DNA of 64,000 nt from Candidatus Muproteobacteria bacterium (GCA_003251795.1 QKEI01000232.1:1533-65532), one strand, 5' to 3'; shown: positions 1 through 11,904, counted from the stretch's first letter. The notes: a model not told the origin generated them from the letters alone. Program-made: numbers and translations.

Positions 1-306
1 GCTCGTTATATCGTACGCTATCTCGGTAGCCCTCCCGAGTACGCCAAGGCGCTCGCGGAAAAACGTGCGCCGGGCTATGCCGCGCTTGATGTCATGGAAG
101 GTCATCTGACCAGTCGGCCGTTCTTCGTCGGTGCGCGTTACACCATTGCCGACATTGCCCTGTACGCCTATACCCATGTGGCGCACGAAGGCGGTTTCGA
201 ATTGTCTCGCTACAAGAGGGTTAACGGCTGGCTCGAGCGTGTGCGCAACCAGCCCGATCACGTTCCCATGGAACCGTTACTCGTTAGCGAGCGCGCGAAA
301 TCCTGA
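1..306 (+). CDS. Glutathione S-transferase family protein, C-terminal part (5' end lies upstream of window)
   Basis: Frame 1 is open from base 1 to TGA 304-306. The translation ...RPFFVGARYTIADIALYAYTHVAHEGGFELSRYKRVNGWLERV... has the helical GST C-terminal domain pattern. Confidence 0.7.
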   Translation, partial: ARYIVRYLGSPPEYAKALAEKRAPGYAALDVMEGHLTSRPFFVGARYTIADIALYAYTHVAHEGGFELSRYKRVNGWLERVRNQPDHVPMEPLLVSERAKS

Positions 307-411
307 CCATGACAGTCAACTGAGGTAGCGGTACGGCGATTGCCGGCGCGCCTACCAATGGCAAAATGCCTGGTGTATCCTGCGGCAAACCCGCTTTTAC
401 AGGAGAAGTTG

Positions 412-1677
412 ATGGCTGCGCCGGAAAAGCCAGCACTGGCTAGCTTGTTATCACCGCGTTCGGTCGCTGAATTCGCTGACTGCTGGCCCGACAAAATCTT
501 CGCGGCGCATGGCGAACCTGCGCGCTTACCCGAGTTCTTGCGCACGCGCGAGCTCAGCAGTATCGGCGCACTCGGCAGCGTGTATCGCGGCCGACTGGCT
601 TTTTGTAGCGGCGCGCGAACCAGCTACATGGTGCCGGGTGATCCGGCGCAAGCGCAGAGACTATTTCAGATGGGTCTCACGCTCTATTTCGATGACCTCG
701 CTCCCTACATCCCCGGGGCTGAAGCTTTTCTCCGTCAACTGGAAACCGAGCTCGGCATCAGTGAAGGGTCAACGCGCATGACCGCCTGGGCCTCGCCACG
801 CGAGGATGGCGCTGCGTGCCATTACGATGCCAACGACATTATTTCGATCCAAGTCTTTGGCGACAAGCGCTTTGAGCTGGCACCGGTGCGCGAGATCACC
901 ACGCCCTATGGCCGCCAGTACTCACCGGGGACGATGCCTTTTGAGGAACTCTATACGCAGACAGCCAACGGTTTTCCCGATTGGCGCGACGTGCAGTTTC
1001 AGGCAGTTGATATGACACCGGGTTCGGTGTTGTTTTTCCCGCGCGGCACCTGGCATCGCACCTTTGCTAGCGCAGACTCGCTGGCTGTGGCCATCGTCGT
1101 CGAACCTCCACCTGCGATCGATTGTTTCCTGAACGAGTTGCGGCTGGTATTGCTACAGGATCCGCGCTGGCGCAAACCACTGTATGGCGCCTGGGGCAAT
1201 GGCGAACAACGCCAGCAAGCCTTGGCACAGGCCGAGCAACTACTGAGGGATGTCCCGCAAGCGAGCGCGGTGATAGCACCGCAGGACATGATCCTGCCAA
1301 CGGTGAGCGAGGAACAGAGACTCGAGCTCATCGAACCCCGCACCCGCTTTCAGCGGGTGCCCAATACCAGCGCCGCTGCCGAGCAGAGCCCACCACCGGA
1401 CGATAACGGCCTTGAGTGGGTGCGTATCAGCTTTAAGGATGAGCATGACGTTCAGCAAACGCTGGCGAGCGTCGAGGTACCACAGCAATACAACGACGTG
1501 CTCGCCTGGCTCTCGCAGCGATGCGCGCCTTTCAGTGCACAGGTGCTGGCCGAACAATTTCCGTCGATTCCATTCGATGAATTGAAGCGCCTGTTACAAG
1601 TCTGCACCCGCGGTGGTTTGTTGAAGCTGCTCTGGTTTCCAGCCATCGACACGAAACCAGCGTCTTCAGTGCCGTAA
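412..1677 (+). CDS. JmjC/cupin-fold Fe(II)/2-oxoglutarate oxygenase-like protein with long C-terminal extension
   Basis: The track ORF is 340-1677 (TTG). ATG at 412 is preceded by AGGAGA at a 5-nt spacing. An HxD...H metal triad (ACHYDAN ... GTWHRT) sits in a cupin-like core, with about 170 aa of extra C-terminal sequence. Confidence 0.6.
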   Translation: MAAPEKPALASLLSPRSVAEFADCWPDKIFAAHGEPARLPEFLRTRELSSIGALGSVYRGRLAFCSGARTSYMVPGDPAQAQRLFQMGLTLYFDDLAPYIPGAEAFLRQLETELGISEGSTRMTAWASPREDGAACHYDANDIISIQVFGDKRFELAPVREITTPYGRQYSPGTMPFEELYTQTANGFPDWRDVQFQAVDMTPGSVLFFPRGTWHRTFASADSLAVAIVVEPPPAIDCFLNELRLVLLQDPRWRKPLYGAWGNGEQRQQALAQAEQLLRDVPQASAVIAPQDMILPTVSEEQRLELIEPRTRFQRVPNTSAAAEQSPPPDDNGLEWVRISFKDEHDVQQTLASVEVPQQYNDVLAWLSQRCAPFSAQVLAEQFPSIPFDELKRLLQVCTRGGLLKLLWFPAIDTKPASSVP

Positions 1678-1815
1678 GGTTTCGCATCTCATCGACGCCC
1701 GTGTGCCAGCCGCACGGCAGCGAGGGCAATACTGTTCGTCGCCCCCGTCTTTTGCGGTAGAATTTATTTTTCCCTTGCGTCCCACAATCACACCTAACAA
1801 CCCCGGCCAAAGCCC

Positions 1816-4800
1816 ATGAAAAAATCTTCGCGCCGATGGGTCATCGTCGCTGTACTTGCGCTCCTCGCCACCGAGGTCGCGTATGTGGTGGGTGCCAACA
1901 TATTTCTCAATTCCGAGCGCGCGTTTAACGCCATCAATCGCAAACCGGAGAAGCTCTGGCTACACTGGCGAAGCGGCTGGACGTTGATGCCCGGTGTCGT
2001 GCACCTAGAGGGATTGCAGATCCGCGGCCAGGACCGAATGTTCCAATGGCACGCACAGGTGGATGAAATCACCACGTCGATGTCACTGTTGGCGCTCGTC
2101 GGCAAGCGCTTTCGCACGACCTCGGTAACGGGTAGCGGCCTCAGGTTCCACATGCGCGAACGACTGCCGCTGGGATCGACGCCCGGTAAAGACGCTGAGT
2201 TATTCCCCGATATTCCCGGTCTCAGCAATCCGCCCGAGCGCCCTCCCGAGCAGCTTTACCCGCCGCAAAAGATCGAGCATCCCTGGACAATCGAATTGCG
2301 CAATGCGCTGATTACGGACTTGCACGAGATCTGGATCAACCAGTTTCGCTTTGAAGGTCAAGGTCAAGTGACAGGCGGCATGACACACGTGGTGCAGGGA
2401 ACTATTGAGGTACCTAAAGCGACCGTCACGCTAAACTCCGGCACGGCGTGGATAGGACAAACGCCGGCCGTGGAGAACGTCGTATTGAAATCGGTGGTCA
2501 CCCTCGATCGCTTCAACCCCAAGAAGGAGCAGGGACTGGCAATGCTGCCGTTTGTCAGTGGTGACGTGCAGCTCCAAGGCAAGATTGACAGCCTCGACTT
2601 CATCAAGATCTTCTTCCGCAAAGTGCCATGGTTCCAGATCGAGGGCGAAGGTCAGATCAATGCCGATGTTCGCCTGGTGAAAGGCCTACTGGCGCCGCAA
2701 ACCAAGTTCAGCGTGTCAACGGTGAACCTTTCGACCAACGTATTCGACTTCGCCATGGCTGCGCAGGGGCCGGGCAAGATTGAAGGACGCGTCGAGCGCG
2801 AAGGCGAGAAGGCCGTGGCCACCGTAGCGGTAGCGCTGACGGATTTCGAGATCGGACTGCCCATGCAACAAAAGATACTTCTGCGCGGCCACAACTTGAG
2901 CTTCGGTGGCAAGAGCTCCGAGCTTGACCTACGGGACCCCTTCACCGACTTGACGATGATCGTCGACACACCCGATATCGAGCTCAAGGACCTCACTGTG
3001 CTCAACCTGTGGATTCCCAAAGAGCTCGACTTCAGGATAAGAAAAGGCGCCGGTCATATGCGTTTGCACGCCGAAGGGTCCGCGCTCACCTTAGCGTCGA
3101 AAGGATCCGTCGAGATCTCAGCCCAAGACATGGTGGCCGATTACCAGGACCTGACGCTCGCTACCGACCTGCGCATCGGCACCGACCTGCAGTATGGCCC
3201 GCTTGAAGACGAGCGGGGGTTAGGGCTCGCATCGGGCGTGCCGCTAAGGATTAGCCAGCTGTCGTTGGCAGTGCCAAAGGCGAGCGTTTACCAAAAGAAA
3301 CGCGTCCTCGCTGAGGAGCTGGCGCTTGATATCAACACAAAGTTCGACCGGTCCACCTTCGAAAAGGAAAAGATGCTCGGTCTGCTGCGCTTCACATCAG
3401 GATATTTGCAAGTCGCCGCAAAGTTGCCGAACCTAGCTCACCTTAGCAACTATCTTCCCACGAAGAAGGGTATGCGAATCCGTGGCGGTGCCGGCGAGCT
3501 ACACGCGCGTCTGGAGACGGTCGCTAAACAACCGATTGCACAAGCCAGCATCGGCCTGAGCGCAAAGGGACTCGACGCCCAATCCGGTGATCTGGTACTG
3601 CACGGCAACATTACCCTCAGCAGCGATTTTGAATACGGCGTCGAGCAACGAAGTGACAAGGGGCTATTGGTCTTCGGTGACAGGGGGCACGTGGAGATCC
3701 TGAAGGCTGCATTTGCCCTCGACGGCGCGGAACTGCGAGAGCGGCGGCAGATCCTGGCTCAGGACCTCAACCTTCAGTTTCAATCCGAGTTCGCGCCGCA
3801 CACCCTTGATCTTAAGAAAACATCCGCGCTACTGCGAGCCTCAACGGCCTCGCTGCACACCGCAGCCCAAATCCCCGATCTGCGTTACCTGGACAAATAC
3901 ATCCCCGCAGATGCCGGCTTGTTGATAGGAAAGAGTCAAGGCCGGCTTGAGGCGGAGTTTCAAACCGCCGCCGGCCAATCGTTGGCGACCGGACAGGTCA
4001 CGTTGATGAGCAAGAAGCTGGTGATCTCGCAGAAAAAGGAAATGCGTCTTACGAGCGAGGTCAACGTGGGCGCTGATGTGCGTTACGGCGAAACCGATGG
4101 CATAACAGGCACCGGCTTAATCGTGCTTGCCGACGGACCGTTAGCAATTGTCGGAACATCCCTACGGCTGAAATCGGGAACGCTTGTGCTGCGCGATGGG
4201 CGAGCGGTGGAAAACCTGACCCTGAGCTTGGACTCCACCTTCGATCGCCTGACGTTGAACGAGATAAAAAGCCGCGAGGCACTGCGCGCGGTCTCGGCCG
4301 ATATCAGCGTCGCCGGGCGCGTACCGGACTTGCGTTTCCTCAAAGGCTACTTCCGCCAAACGCCCTGGCTAAAGCTCGATGGTGCCGGCCAAATGGAAGC
4401 TGACGTGCGAGTAAAGAAGGGCGTGCTGATGCCAGGCACGCGGATTGCCGTTGATTCGGACAAGATTCAGGCTAACTTCATGGACTACACGGCCAGTGGC
4501 TCGGGTAAGGTCCGCGGCCTGGTCACCCAGGCGGATGGCAAGACCCTCTCCAAGGTTAGCGTGTCGCTCGATGATTTCGGCTTTGCACTTCTGAAACAAT
4601 CGTACATCTTCGGCAAGGGTTTCACCGTCATCGGCACCGCTGAGCGCCTCGACCTGACCGACCCTTTCACCGACTTGAAGATTGCGATCGACCTGCCGGA
4701 ATCGAAGCTGCCGAATTTCGGTGTTTATAACAGCTATATTCCTCCCGAATCCTGTATCTTCATCCACCAGGGTCACGGCCGTATTCGCAGCCATTTCGAT

Positions 4801-5541
4801 TTCGATGCTGCCACCAATTCCGCCAGCGGCAACATAGCTTTAACTGCAAACAAGATCATCATGCAGTTTGACAAGGTCACGCTGTCGGCGGATCTCAAGG
4901 TGCTGGCGCATCTCAAAGACGGTGACATGCAGGCGCGCCGTTTCGACATGTCTGGCACAACCATTGAGCTCAACAACACCTACGTCGGCAGCAGCAAAAT
5001 TGAGACCGATACCTCCTGGTGGGCGCGCTTTGAGTTGCCCAAGGCCAAGGGGGCATTCACGATTCCGGCTGAGCTGGAAGCACGTGTATGGATGAGTCTG
5101 CGCGACTCGCGGCCGGTGGTGGTGTTTCTGGCGGAGAAGAAGGGTGTGGTGCGCTGGTTCAAGAACCTGCTCACAGTACCTAACATCGAGGCGCGCGCCG
5201 ACGTCAAGATGCAGGGGAAAATGATTGAGGTCCAAGACCTCGCGATGACAGGCGATCGTTTCGAGATTCTCGGCGACCTCGATATTCTCCAGCGACGTCT
5301 CGGCGGAGTTTTCTACGCGCGCCTGCGCAACCTGTCGGTAGCGGTAGAGCTGCGCGATGACCAGAAGAAATGGAAGCTAACAAACTCGAAGGACTGGTAC
5401 GAAAAGCGCAAAGAGCTGTACAAAGCGCATGACTGGCTCGCTGAGCGAGGGAACGCCGCAGCCGAGTTGTCGCCGGAACCCGATGCCGTGGTCACTAAAG
5501 AAGAGCGCAAAAAATCAAAGCGCACGGGTTGCTGGGACTAG
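1816..5541 (+). CDS. Large (1241 aa) N-terminally anchored envelope protein built from internal repeats; function unknown (AsmA/TamB-like architecture is only a hypothesis)
   Basis: A single uninterrupted 3.7-kb ORF. The N-terminus is MKKSSRR plus the hydrophobic helix WVIVAVLALLATEVAYVVGA (signal anchor). The rest is beta-rich with four recurrences of a module-start motif and a clear duplication (aa 245-418 vs 824-993). Confidence 0.6.
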   Translation: MKKSSRRWVIVAVLALLATEVAYVVGANIFLNSERAFNAINRKPEKLWLHWRSGWTLMPGVVHLEGLQIRGQDRMFQWHAQVDEITTSMSLLALVGKRFRTTSVTGSGLRFHMRERLPLGSTPGKDAELFPDIPGLSNPPERPPEQLYPPQKIEHPWTIELRNALITDLHEIWINQFRFEGQGQVTGGMTHVVQGTIEVPKATVTLNSGTAWIGQTPAVENVVLKSVVTLDRFNPKKEQGLAMLPFVSGDVQLQGKIDSLDFIKIFFRKVPWFQIEGEGQINADVRLVKGLLAPQTKFSVSTVNLSTNVFDFAMAAQGPGKIEGRVEREGEKAVATVAVALTDFEIGLPMQQKILLRGHNLSFGGKSSELDLRDPFTDLTMIVDTPDIELKDLTVLNLWIPKELDFRIRKGAGHMRLHAEGSALTLASKGSVEISAQDMVADYQDLTLATDLRIGTDLQYGPLEDERGLGLASGVPLRISQLSLAVPKASVYQKKRVLAEELALDINTKFDRSTFEKEKMLGLLRFTSGYLQVAAKLPNLAHLSNYLPTKKGMRIRGGAGELHARLETVAKQPIAQASIGLSAKGLDAQSGDLVLHGNITLSSDFEYGVEQRSDKGLLVFGDRGHVEILKAAFALDGAELRERRQILAQDLNLQFQSEFAPHTLDLKKTSALLRASTASLHTAAQIPDLRYLDKYIPADAGLLIGKSQGRLEAEFQTAAGQSLATGQVTLMSKKLVISQKKEMRLTSEVNVGADVRYGETDGITGTGLIVLADGPLAIVGTSLRLKSGTLVLRDGRAVENLTLSLDSTFDRLTLNEIKSREALRAVSADISVAGRVPDLRFLKGYFRQTPWLKLDGAGQMEADVRVKKGVLMPGTRIAVDSDKIQANFMDYTASGSGKVRGLVTQADGKTLSKVSVSLDDFGFALLKQSYIFGKGFTVIGTAERLDLTDPFTDLKIAIDLPESKLPNFGVYNSYIPPESCIFIHQGHGRIRSHFDFDAATNSASGNIALTANKIIMQFDKVTLSADLKVLAHLKDGDMQARRFDMSGTTIELNNTYVGSSKIETDTSWWARFELPKAKGAFTIPAELEARVWMSLRDSRPVVVFLAEKKGVVRWFKNLLTVPNIEARADVKMQGKMIEVQDLAMTGDRFEILGDLDILQRRLGGVFYARLRNLSVAVELRDDQKKWKLTNSKDWYEKRKELYKAHDWLAERGNAAAELSPEPDAVVTKEERKKSKRTGCWD

Positions 5542-5549
5542 CGTGTAGG

Positions 5550-7376
5550 CTACTCCACGGTCACCGACTTCGCTAGGTTGCGTGGCTTATCCACATCGGT
5601 GCCGCGCGCCAGCGCCGCATTGTAAGCGAGCAGCTGCACGGGGATTGCATGCACGATCGGTGAGAGCACACCCACGTGCCGCGGCGTGCGGATAACGTGC
5701 ACGTTCTCGCTTTCCGTGAAGTGGCTATCGAGATCGGCAAACACATAGAGCTCACCGCCGCGCGCGCTCACCTCCTGCATATTCGACTTCAACTTCTCGA
5801 GCAACGCATCGTTCGGCGCAATTACCACCACCGGCATCTCGGCATCGACCAGCGCCAGCGGGCCATGCTTGAGCTCCCCGGCTGGATAGGCCTCGGCATG
5901 GATGTAAGAGATCTCCTTAAGCTTGAGTGCGCCCTCCAAAGCGATTGGGTAATGCACGCCACGCCCTAGGAACAGGGCATGTTCCTTGCCTGCGAAACGT
6001 TCCGACCAGACGCGAATCTGCGCCTCGAGGTTGAGTGCGTGCTGCACGCTGCCCGGTAGGTAGCGCAATGCTTCGAGGTGCGCGGCTTCCGCTTCCGGTG
6101 ATAGATGGCCCCTGTGCTTGGCCAGCGCGAGTGTCAATATGAACAAGGCGGCCAGCTGGGTGGTGAACGCCTTGGTCGAGGCCACACCGATCTCGGCACC
6201 GGCACGCGTGTAAAACACCAACCGTGAGGCGCGTGGGATGGCACTTTCGCGCACGTTGCAGATGGCGAGCGTGTGTTTATGCCCGATCTCCACAGCGCGC
6301 TTCAACGCCTCCATGGTGTCGAGCGTCTCCCCTGACTGCGAAATCGTTACCACAAGCTGGCGCGGATCGGCGACGACATCGCGGTAACGGTACTCGCTCG
6401 CGATCTCGACGTTGCACGGAACCTTGGCGATGCTCTCGAGCCAGTAGCGCGCCACCGAGCCGGCATAGTAACTCGTGCCACAGGCGATGATCTGCACTGC
6501 ATCGCTTTCGGCAAACACCTGTGCGGCATTGTCTCCGAACAGTCCCGGTGACACGCCCTCGGCGATGACCTGAGCTATGGTGTCGGTCAGCGCGCGTGGC
6601 TGCTCGTGAATCTCCTTCTGCATGAAATGCGTGTATGGGCCGAGCTCGAGTGAGGCGAGCGAAACATCCGAGACATGCACCGATCTCTCGACCGCCTGGC
6701 CGGTGCGGTCGAAGATACGCACGCGTTCGCGCGTTACTTCAGCAACGTCGCCCTCGTCCAGGTATATGACGCGGCGTGTTGCCGACAGCACCGCCGACAC
6801 GTCGGAAGCCACGAAATTTTCGCCGTCGCCCAGGCCGATCAGGAGCGGACAGCCAACGCGCGCGCACATCAGGACTTCAGGGTTCTTCAGCGAGAATGCG
6901 GCAATGGCATACGCACCGACCAGATCTCTCACCGCTCTTTGCGTGGCCGCCAACAGATCGCCGAGTTCGGTAAAGTAATGGTGCACTAGATGTGCGATGA
7001 CCTCCGTGTCCGTCTGCGATTCAAACGTGTAACCGAGCTGCTGCAGCCGGCTACGCTGGGCATCGTGGTTTTCGATGATGCCGTTGTGGACGACAGCGAT
7101 TTCACCGCAAGAGATGTGCGGATGGGCATTGGGCTCGCTGACGCCGCCGTGCGTGGCCCAGCGTGTGTGACCTATGCCAAGAAAACCGCTGAGTTGAGCG
7201 GCGGTGGCAGCGGCCTCCATCTCGTTGACGCGCCCGACGCGACGTACGCGTTGGATGCCGCCATTCAGTACCGCAAGCCCGGCGGAATCATAGCCGCGAT
7301 ATTCTAGGCGTTTGAGGCCCTCTATCAGGACCGGGACCACGTTGCGCGCCGCAATGGCGCCGACAATGCCACACAT
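5550..7376 (-). CDS. glmS: Glutamine--fructose-6-phosphate aminotransferase (isomerising)
   Basis: 608 aa. The N-terminal MCGIVGA Ntn-amidotransferase start, tandem SIS-domain motifs and the canonical C-terminal ...NLAKSVTVE are present. Confidence 0.97.
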   Translation of the reverse strand: MCGIVGAIAARNVVPVLIEGLKRLEYRGYDSAGLAVLNGGIQRVRRVGRVNEMEAAATAAQLSGFLGIGHTRWATHGGVSEPNAHPHISCGEIAVVHNGIIENHDAQRSRLQQLGYTFESQTDTEVIAHLVHHYFTELGDLLAATQRAVRDLVGAYAIAAFSLKNPEVLMCARVGCPLLIGLGDGENFVASDVSAVLSATRRVIYLDEGDVAEVTRERVRIFDRTGQAVERSVHVSDVSLASLELGPYTHFMQKEIHEQPRALTDTIAQVIAEGVSPGLFGDNAAQVFAESDAVQIIACGTSYYAGSVARYWLESIAKVPCNVEIASEYRYRDVVADPRQLVVTISQSGETLDTMEALKRAVEIGHKHTLAICNVRESAIPRASRLVFYTRAGAEIGVASTKAFTTQLAALFILTLALAKHRGHLSPEAEAAHLEALRYLPGSVQHALNLEAQIRVWSERFAGKEHALFLGRGVHYPIALEGALKLKEISYIHAEAYPAGELKHGPLALVDAEMPVVVIAPNDALLEKLKSNMQEVSARGGELYVFADLDSHFTESENVHVIRTPRHVGVLSPIVHAIPVQLLAYNAALARGTDVDKPRNLAKSVTVE

Positions 7377-7472
7377 GTTACCTCTCCGTGAGGCGTGAAG
7401 GGTCGGGGGTAAGCAGTAACAGAAGTGCTTTCGCCGCTTTTGTCATTCGCCTCACGCCTTGCATCTCACTCC

Positions 7473-8837
7473 TCACTTGCTTTTAACAGGCCGTTTCCAA
7501 CCCCGATGTGTCCGCTGTGGCGCCCGGCTCAAGGTCAGCTCGCCCGACGGCGTATCCTTGGTGATCGTCGAGCCGGCACCAATCGTGGCCCCCGCGCCCA
7601 CGGTCACAGGAGCCACCAGTTGCGTGTCAGAGCCGATAAATGCATTGTCGCCGATAACCGTCTGATGCTTGTTGGCCCCGTCATAGTTACAGGTGATGGT
7701 ACCAGCACCAATGTTGACATTCTTGCCGACGATCGTATCACCGACATAGCTCAGATGATTGATCTTGCTACCGGTACCGACGCGTGATTTTTTCAGCTCT
7801 ACAAAGTTACCGATCTGCACGCCGTCAGCCAGTTCCGGTCCCGGCCGCAGTCGGGAAAATGGCCCGATGCGGCAGTTTCGACCGACGATCGCATCCTCGA
7901 TTACGCAATTGGCGAGCACGATACTGCCATCACCGATCGAGGTGTTGCGTATGAAATTATTGGGCCCGATGTGTACGCCGTTACCGACGACGACGCTACC
8001 CTCGAGCACCACGTTGACGTCGATCACGACATCGCGCCCAGCCTGTAGCTGCCCGCGCAAATCAAAGCGCGCCGGATCGAGCAAGGTTACACCGCTGTCC
8101 ATCAGCGCCTGCGCGTGTTGTTGCTGCAACCTGCGCTCGAGCCGAGCGAGCTCGACTTTGCTATTCACTCCCATGATCTCCCAATACGACTGTGGATGGC
8201 ACGTGACGATCGCAGTTGCATCCTGGTTGGCAACAGCAACCACGTCTGTTAAGTAAAACTCGCCTTGCGCATTGTCGTTACCGATTCGCGCGAGCCACGC
8301 GCGCAGTCGATGTGCCGGCGCAGCCAGCAGACCAGCATTGATCTCCGCCACTGCGAGCTCGTCGGCTGTAGCGTCTTTCTGCTCCACAATCTTGGTCACA
8401 CGCTTTTCGCCGTCGCGAATAATGCGTCCGTAACCCGTGGCATCGTCGAGCTCGGTCGTCAACAACGCCAACGCATCGGTGGCAGCGGCGTCGACCATCG
8501 CACGCAACGTGGCTACTGCGATGAGCGGCACGTCTCCGTAAAGCACTAGTGCCACGGCATCCGGTGCCACGGCTGGCAATGCCTGTAGCACCGCATGCGC
8601 AGTGCCTTGTTGTTGCGCCTGCAACACCCAATGAAGGTCGTCGCCTGCAAAGGATTCGCGCACTTGCTCAGCGCCGTGACCATACACCACGTGGATGGTG
8701 CTTGGGCTCAGCTCGCGGGCGCGCTCCAACACATGAGCGAGCAAAGGCTTGCCACCGAGCCCATGCATGACCTTGGGGAGGTCGGAACGCATACGCGTCC
8801 CCTGGCCGGCGGCAAGAACGATCACTTCGAGCATCAT
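7473..8837 (-). CDS. glmU: Bifunctional UDP-N-acetylglucosamine pyrophosphorylase / glucosamine-1-phosphate N-acetyltransferase
   Basis: The track ORF 7473-8960 carries an implausible 41-aa N-terminal extension. The canonical N-terminus MLEVIVLAAGQGTRM starts at ATG 8837 (or 8834). The C-terminal half is a left-handed beta-helix hexapeptide repeat. Confidence 0.93.
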   Translation of the reverse strand: MMLEVIVLAAGQGTRMRSDLPKVMHGLGGKPLLAHVLERARELSPSTIHVVYGHGAEQVRESFAGDDLHWVLQAQQQGTAHAVLQALPAVAPDAVALVLYGDVPLIAVATLRAMVDAAATDALALLTTELDDATGYGRIIRDGEKRVTKIVEQKDATADELAVAEINAGLLAAPAHRLRAWLARIGNDNAQGEFYLTDVVAVANQDATAIVTCHPQSYWEIMGVNSKVELARLERRLQQQHAQALMDSGVTLLDPARFDLRGQLQAGRDVVIDVNVVLEGSVVVGNGVHIGPNNFIRNTSIGDGSIVLANCVIEDAIVGRNCRIGPFSRLRPGPELADGVQIGNFVELKKSRVGTGSKINHLSYVGDTIVGKNVNIGAGTITCNYDGANKHQTVIGDNAFIGSDTQLVAPVTVGAGATIGAGSTITKDTPSGELTLSRAPQRTHRGWKRPVKSK

Positions 8838-9023
8838 GAGTAGTACGGGCGAGTTGACCTGCGTGTACGCCTGCAGGCTCATCCTAACTTGAAAGATAGC
8901 AGCTTGCGGGCAACTCCCTACAATCTGGCATCGCCGGGCCTTGGTGTGCCGCCCCGACAAACGACGCCTTGGCCGGTGCTAGGGGCGTCGGCAAGCTGCG
9001 CCAATGCCCGATCGTAACAGAGA

Positions 9024-9061
9024 CTGTATTATTTTCAATAAGTTATACAGCCCCTAGGGGC
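9024..9061 (-). terminator. Possible terminator / structured region downstream of atpC
   Basis: Immediately after the atpC stop (9073) lie the 12-nt GC palindrome gcccctaggggc (9050-9061) and an AT-rich inverted repeat ctgtat...atacag (9024-9050). There is no clean U-tract. Confidence 0.3.
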
Positions 9062-9072
9062 GGGGGGTGGGG

Positions 9073-9495
9073 CTACTTGCGCAAGCGCTCGCGCAGACGC
9101 CGAATCATACGGAGCTGCGCGGCCGCCTCGATCAACTCGGCCTGTGCCTTGGCGAAATCGATATCGGCCGTGCGGTCTTTGAGCGCCTCTTCGGCGCGCC
9201 GCTGCGCCTCCAGCGCTGCGGCTTCATCCAGATCCTTAGCCCGGATGGCGGTGTCGGAGAGCACCGTGACGACGTGCGGCTGCACCTCCAGCACGCCACC
9301 TGAAACATAGAAGTATTGCTCCTCCCCGCCCAGGCGCACGCGCACCTCCCCTGGGCTCATGCGCGCCAGCAGTGGAGCATGTCGCGGCAGTATACCCACC
9401 TCACCCGTGGCCAATGGCGCAAACACCATTTCCGCCGTGCCCGAGTAGATCTCCTCCTCGGCACTGACGATATCGACATGCATGGTCATTGCCAT
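9073..9495 (-). CDS. atpC: F1 ATP synthase subunit epsilon
   Basis: 140 aa, [19 protein letters not shown]... with a typical epsilon N-terminal beta sandwich and C-terminal helices. It is the last gene of the atp operon. Confidence 0.95.
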   Translation of the reverse strand: MAMTMHVDIVSAEEEIYSGTAEMVFAPLATGEVGILPRHAPLLARMSPGEVRVRLGGEEQYFYVSGGVLEVQPHVVTVLSDTAIRAKDLDEAAALEAQRRAEEALKDRTADIDFAKAQAELIEAAAQLRMIRRLRERLRK

Positions 9496-9510
9496 AGCTG
9501 CAAAACCCCT

Positions 9511-9602
9511 AACGCAAAGGCGCTAAGACGCAAAGAATTTCGACCCATCAACAACCCCTGTCGCTTGATCAAAGAACCTCCGCGCCTTTGCGTCTTTGCG
9601 TT
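9511..9602. repeat. Nested inverted repeat filling the atpD-atpC intercistronic spacer
   Basis: ACGCAAAGGCGC (9512-9523) is the perfect reverse complement of GCGCCTTTGCGT (9582-9593). ACGCAAAG is duplicated in the left arm and CTTTGCGT in the right arm, which allows alternative long stems. Confidence 0.7.
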
Positions 9603-9608
9603 GGGCAG

Positions 9609-10991
<1,383 letters not shown>

Positions 10992-11028
10992 TCAATTCCC
11001 CTGTAAGTAAGCGTGACGCCCGATCGAA

Positions 11029-11889
11029 CTAGAGCGCCGCCGCGCCGCCGACGATCTCGGCGATCTCCTGCGTGATTGCTGCCTGGCGCGCCTTGTTGTA
11101 CTTCAACGTAAACTCCTCGATCAGCTTACCGGCATTGTCCGAAGCCGACTTCATCGCCACCATGCGTGCGGACTGCTCGGACGCCAGGTTCTCCACCACC
11201 GCTTGATAGATCAGCGCCTCGATGTAACGCCGCAACAGATCATCGAGCACGTCAACGGCATCGGGCTCATAGATGTAATCCCAATAGTGTTTAAGCTGTT
11301 CTTCCTCGGATTCAGGCAGCGGCAGCAATTGTTCCATCACCGATCGCTGCGTCATGGTATTGATAAAGTTGCTGTAAACGATGTACAGATGATCGATGTC
11401 GGCCTTCACGTAGGCGTCGAGCATAACCTTAACGGTGCCGATCAGATCCTCCACTCTCGGGCTGTCGCCCAGGTGCGTAACCTCGGAAATGATGTTGACG
11501 CCGATGCGGCGAAAAAATGCCAATCCTTTGGCACCGATGTTACATGCGACGATGCCGAAATTGCTTTTCTGCCACTGCTTCATGGTTTGTAACGCCATGC
11601 GCAGGGCATTAGTGTTGAGGCCACCGCACAAACCGCGATCGGTAGTCACCATGATCAAGCCTACATTCTTGATCTCGCGCTCAACGAGAAACGGGTGACG
11701 ATACTCCGGGTGCGCATGGTGCAGATGACGTATGACGTTGCGCATCTTGTCGGCGTACGGTCGTGCCGCGCTCATGCGTTGTTGCGCGCGGCGCATCTTG
11801 CTTGCCGCCACCATCTCCATTGCACGCGTAATCTTCTGCGTGTTTTGGATGCTCTTGATCTTCTTGCGGATTTCTCTGCCAACGGCCAT
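11029..11889 (-). CDS. atpG: F1 ATP synthase subunit gamma
   Basis: 286 aa, with N-terminal [32 protein letters not shown] and C-terminal [15 protein letters not shown]. Confidence 0.97.
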   Translation of the reverse strand: MAVGREIRKKIKSIQNTQKITRAMEMVAASKMRRAQQRMSAARPYADKMRNVIRHLHHAHPEYRHPFLVEREIKNVGLIMVTTDRGLCGGLNTNALRMALQTMKQWQKSNFGIVACNIGAKGLAFFRRIGVNIISEVTHLGDSPRVEDLIGTVKVMLDAYVKADIDHLYIVYSNFINTMTQRSVMEQLLPLPESEEEQLKHYWDYIYEPDAVDVLDDLLRRYIEALIYQAVVENLASEQSARMVAMKSASDNAGKLIEEFTLKYNKARQAAITQEIAEIVGGAAAL

Positions 11890-11904
11890 GGCCGACGCTG
11901 CTCG

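Noticed and set aside
5587-5595. Perfect DnaA box TTATCCACA inside the glmS coding region. Near-matches also occur at 9626-9634, 38118-38126 and 44162-44170.
   Set aside because: These are isolated 9-mers inside genes. Roughly one perfect chance occurrence is expected in 64 kb on two strands, and there is no clustering or AT-rich context.
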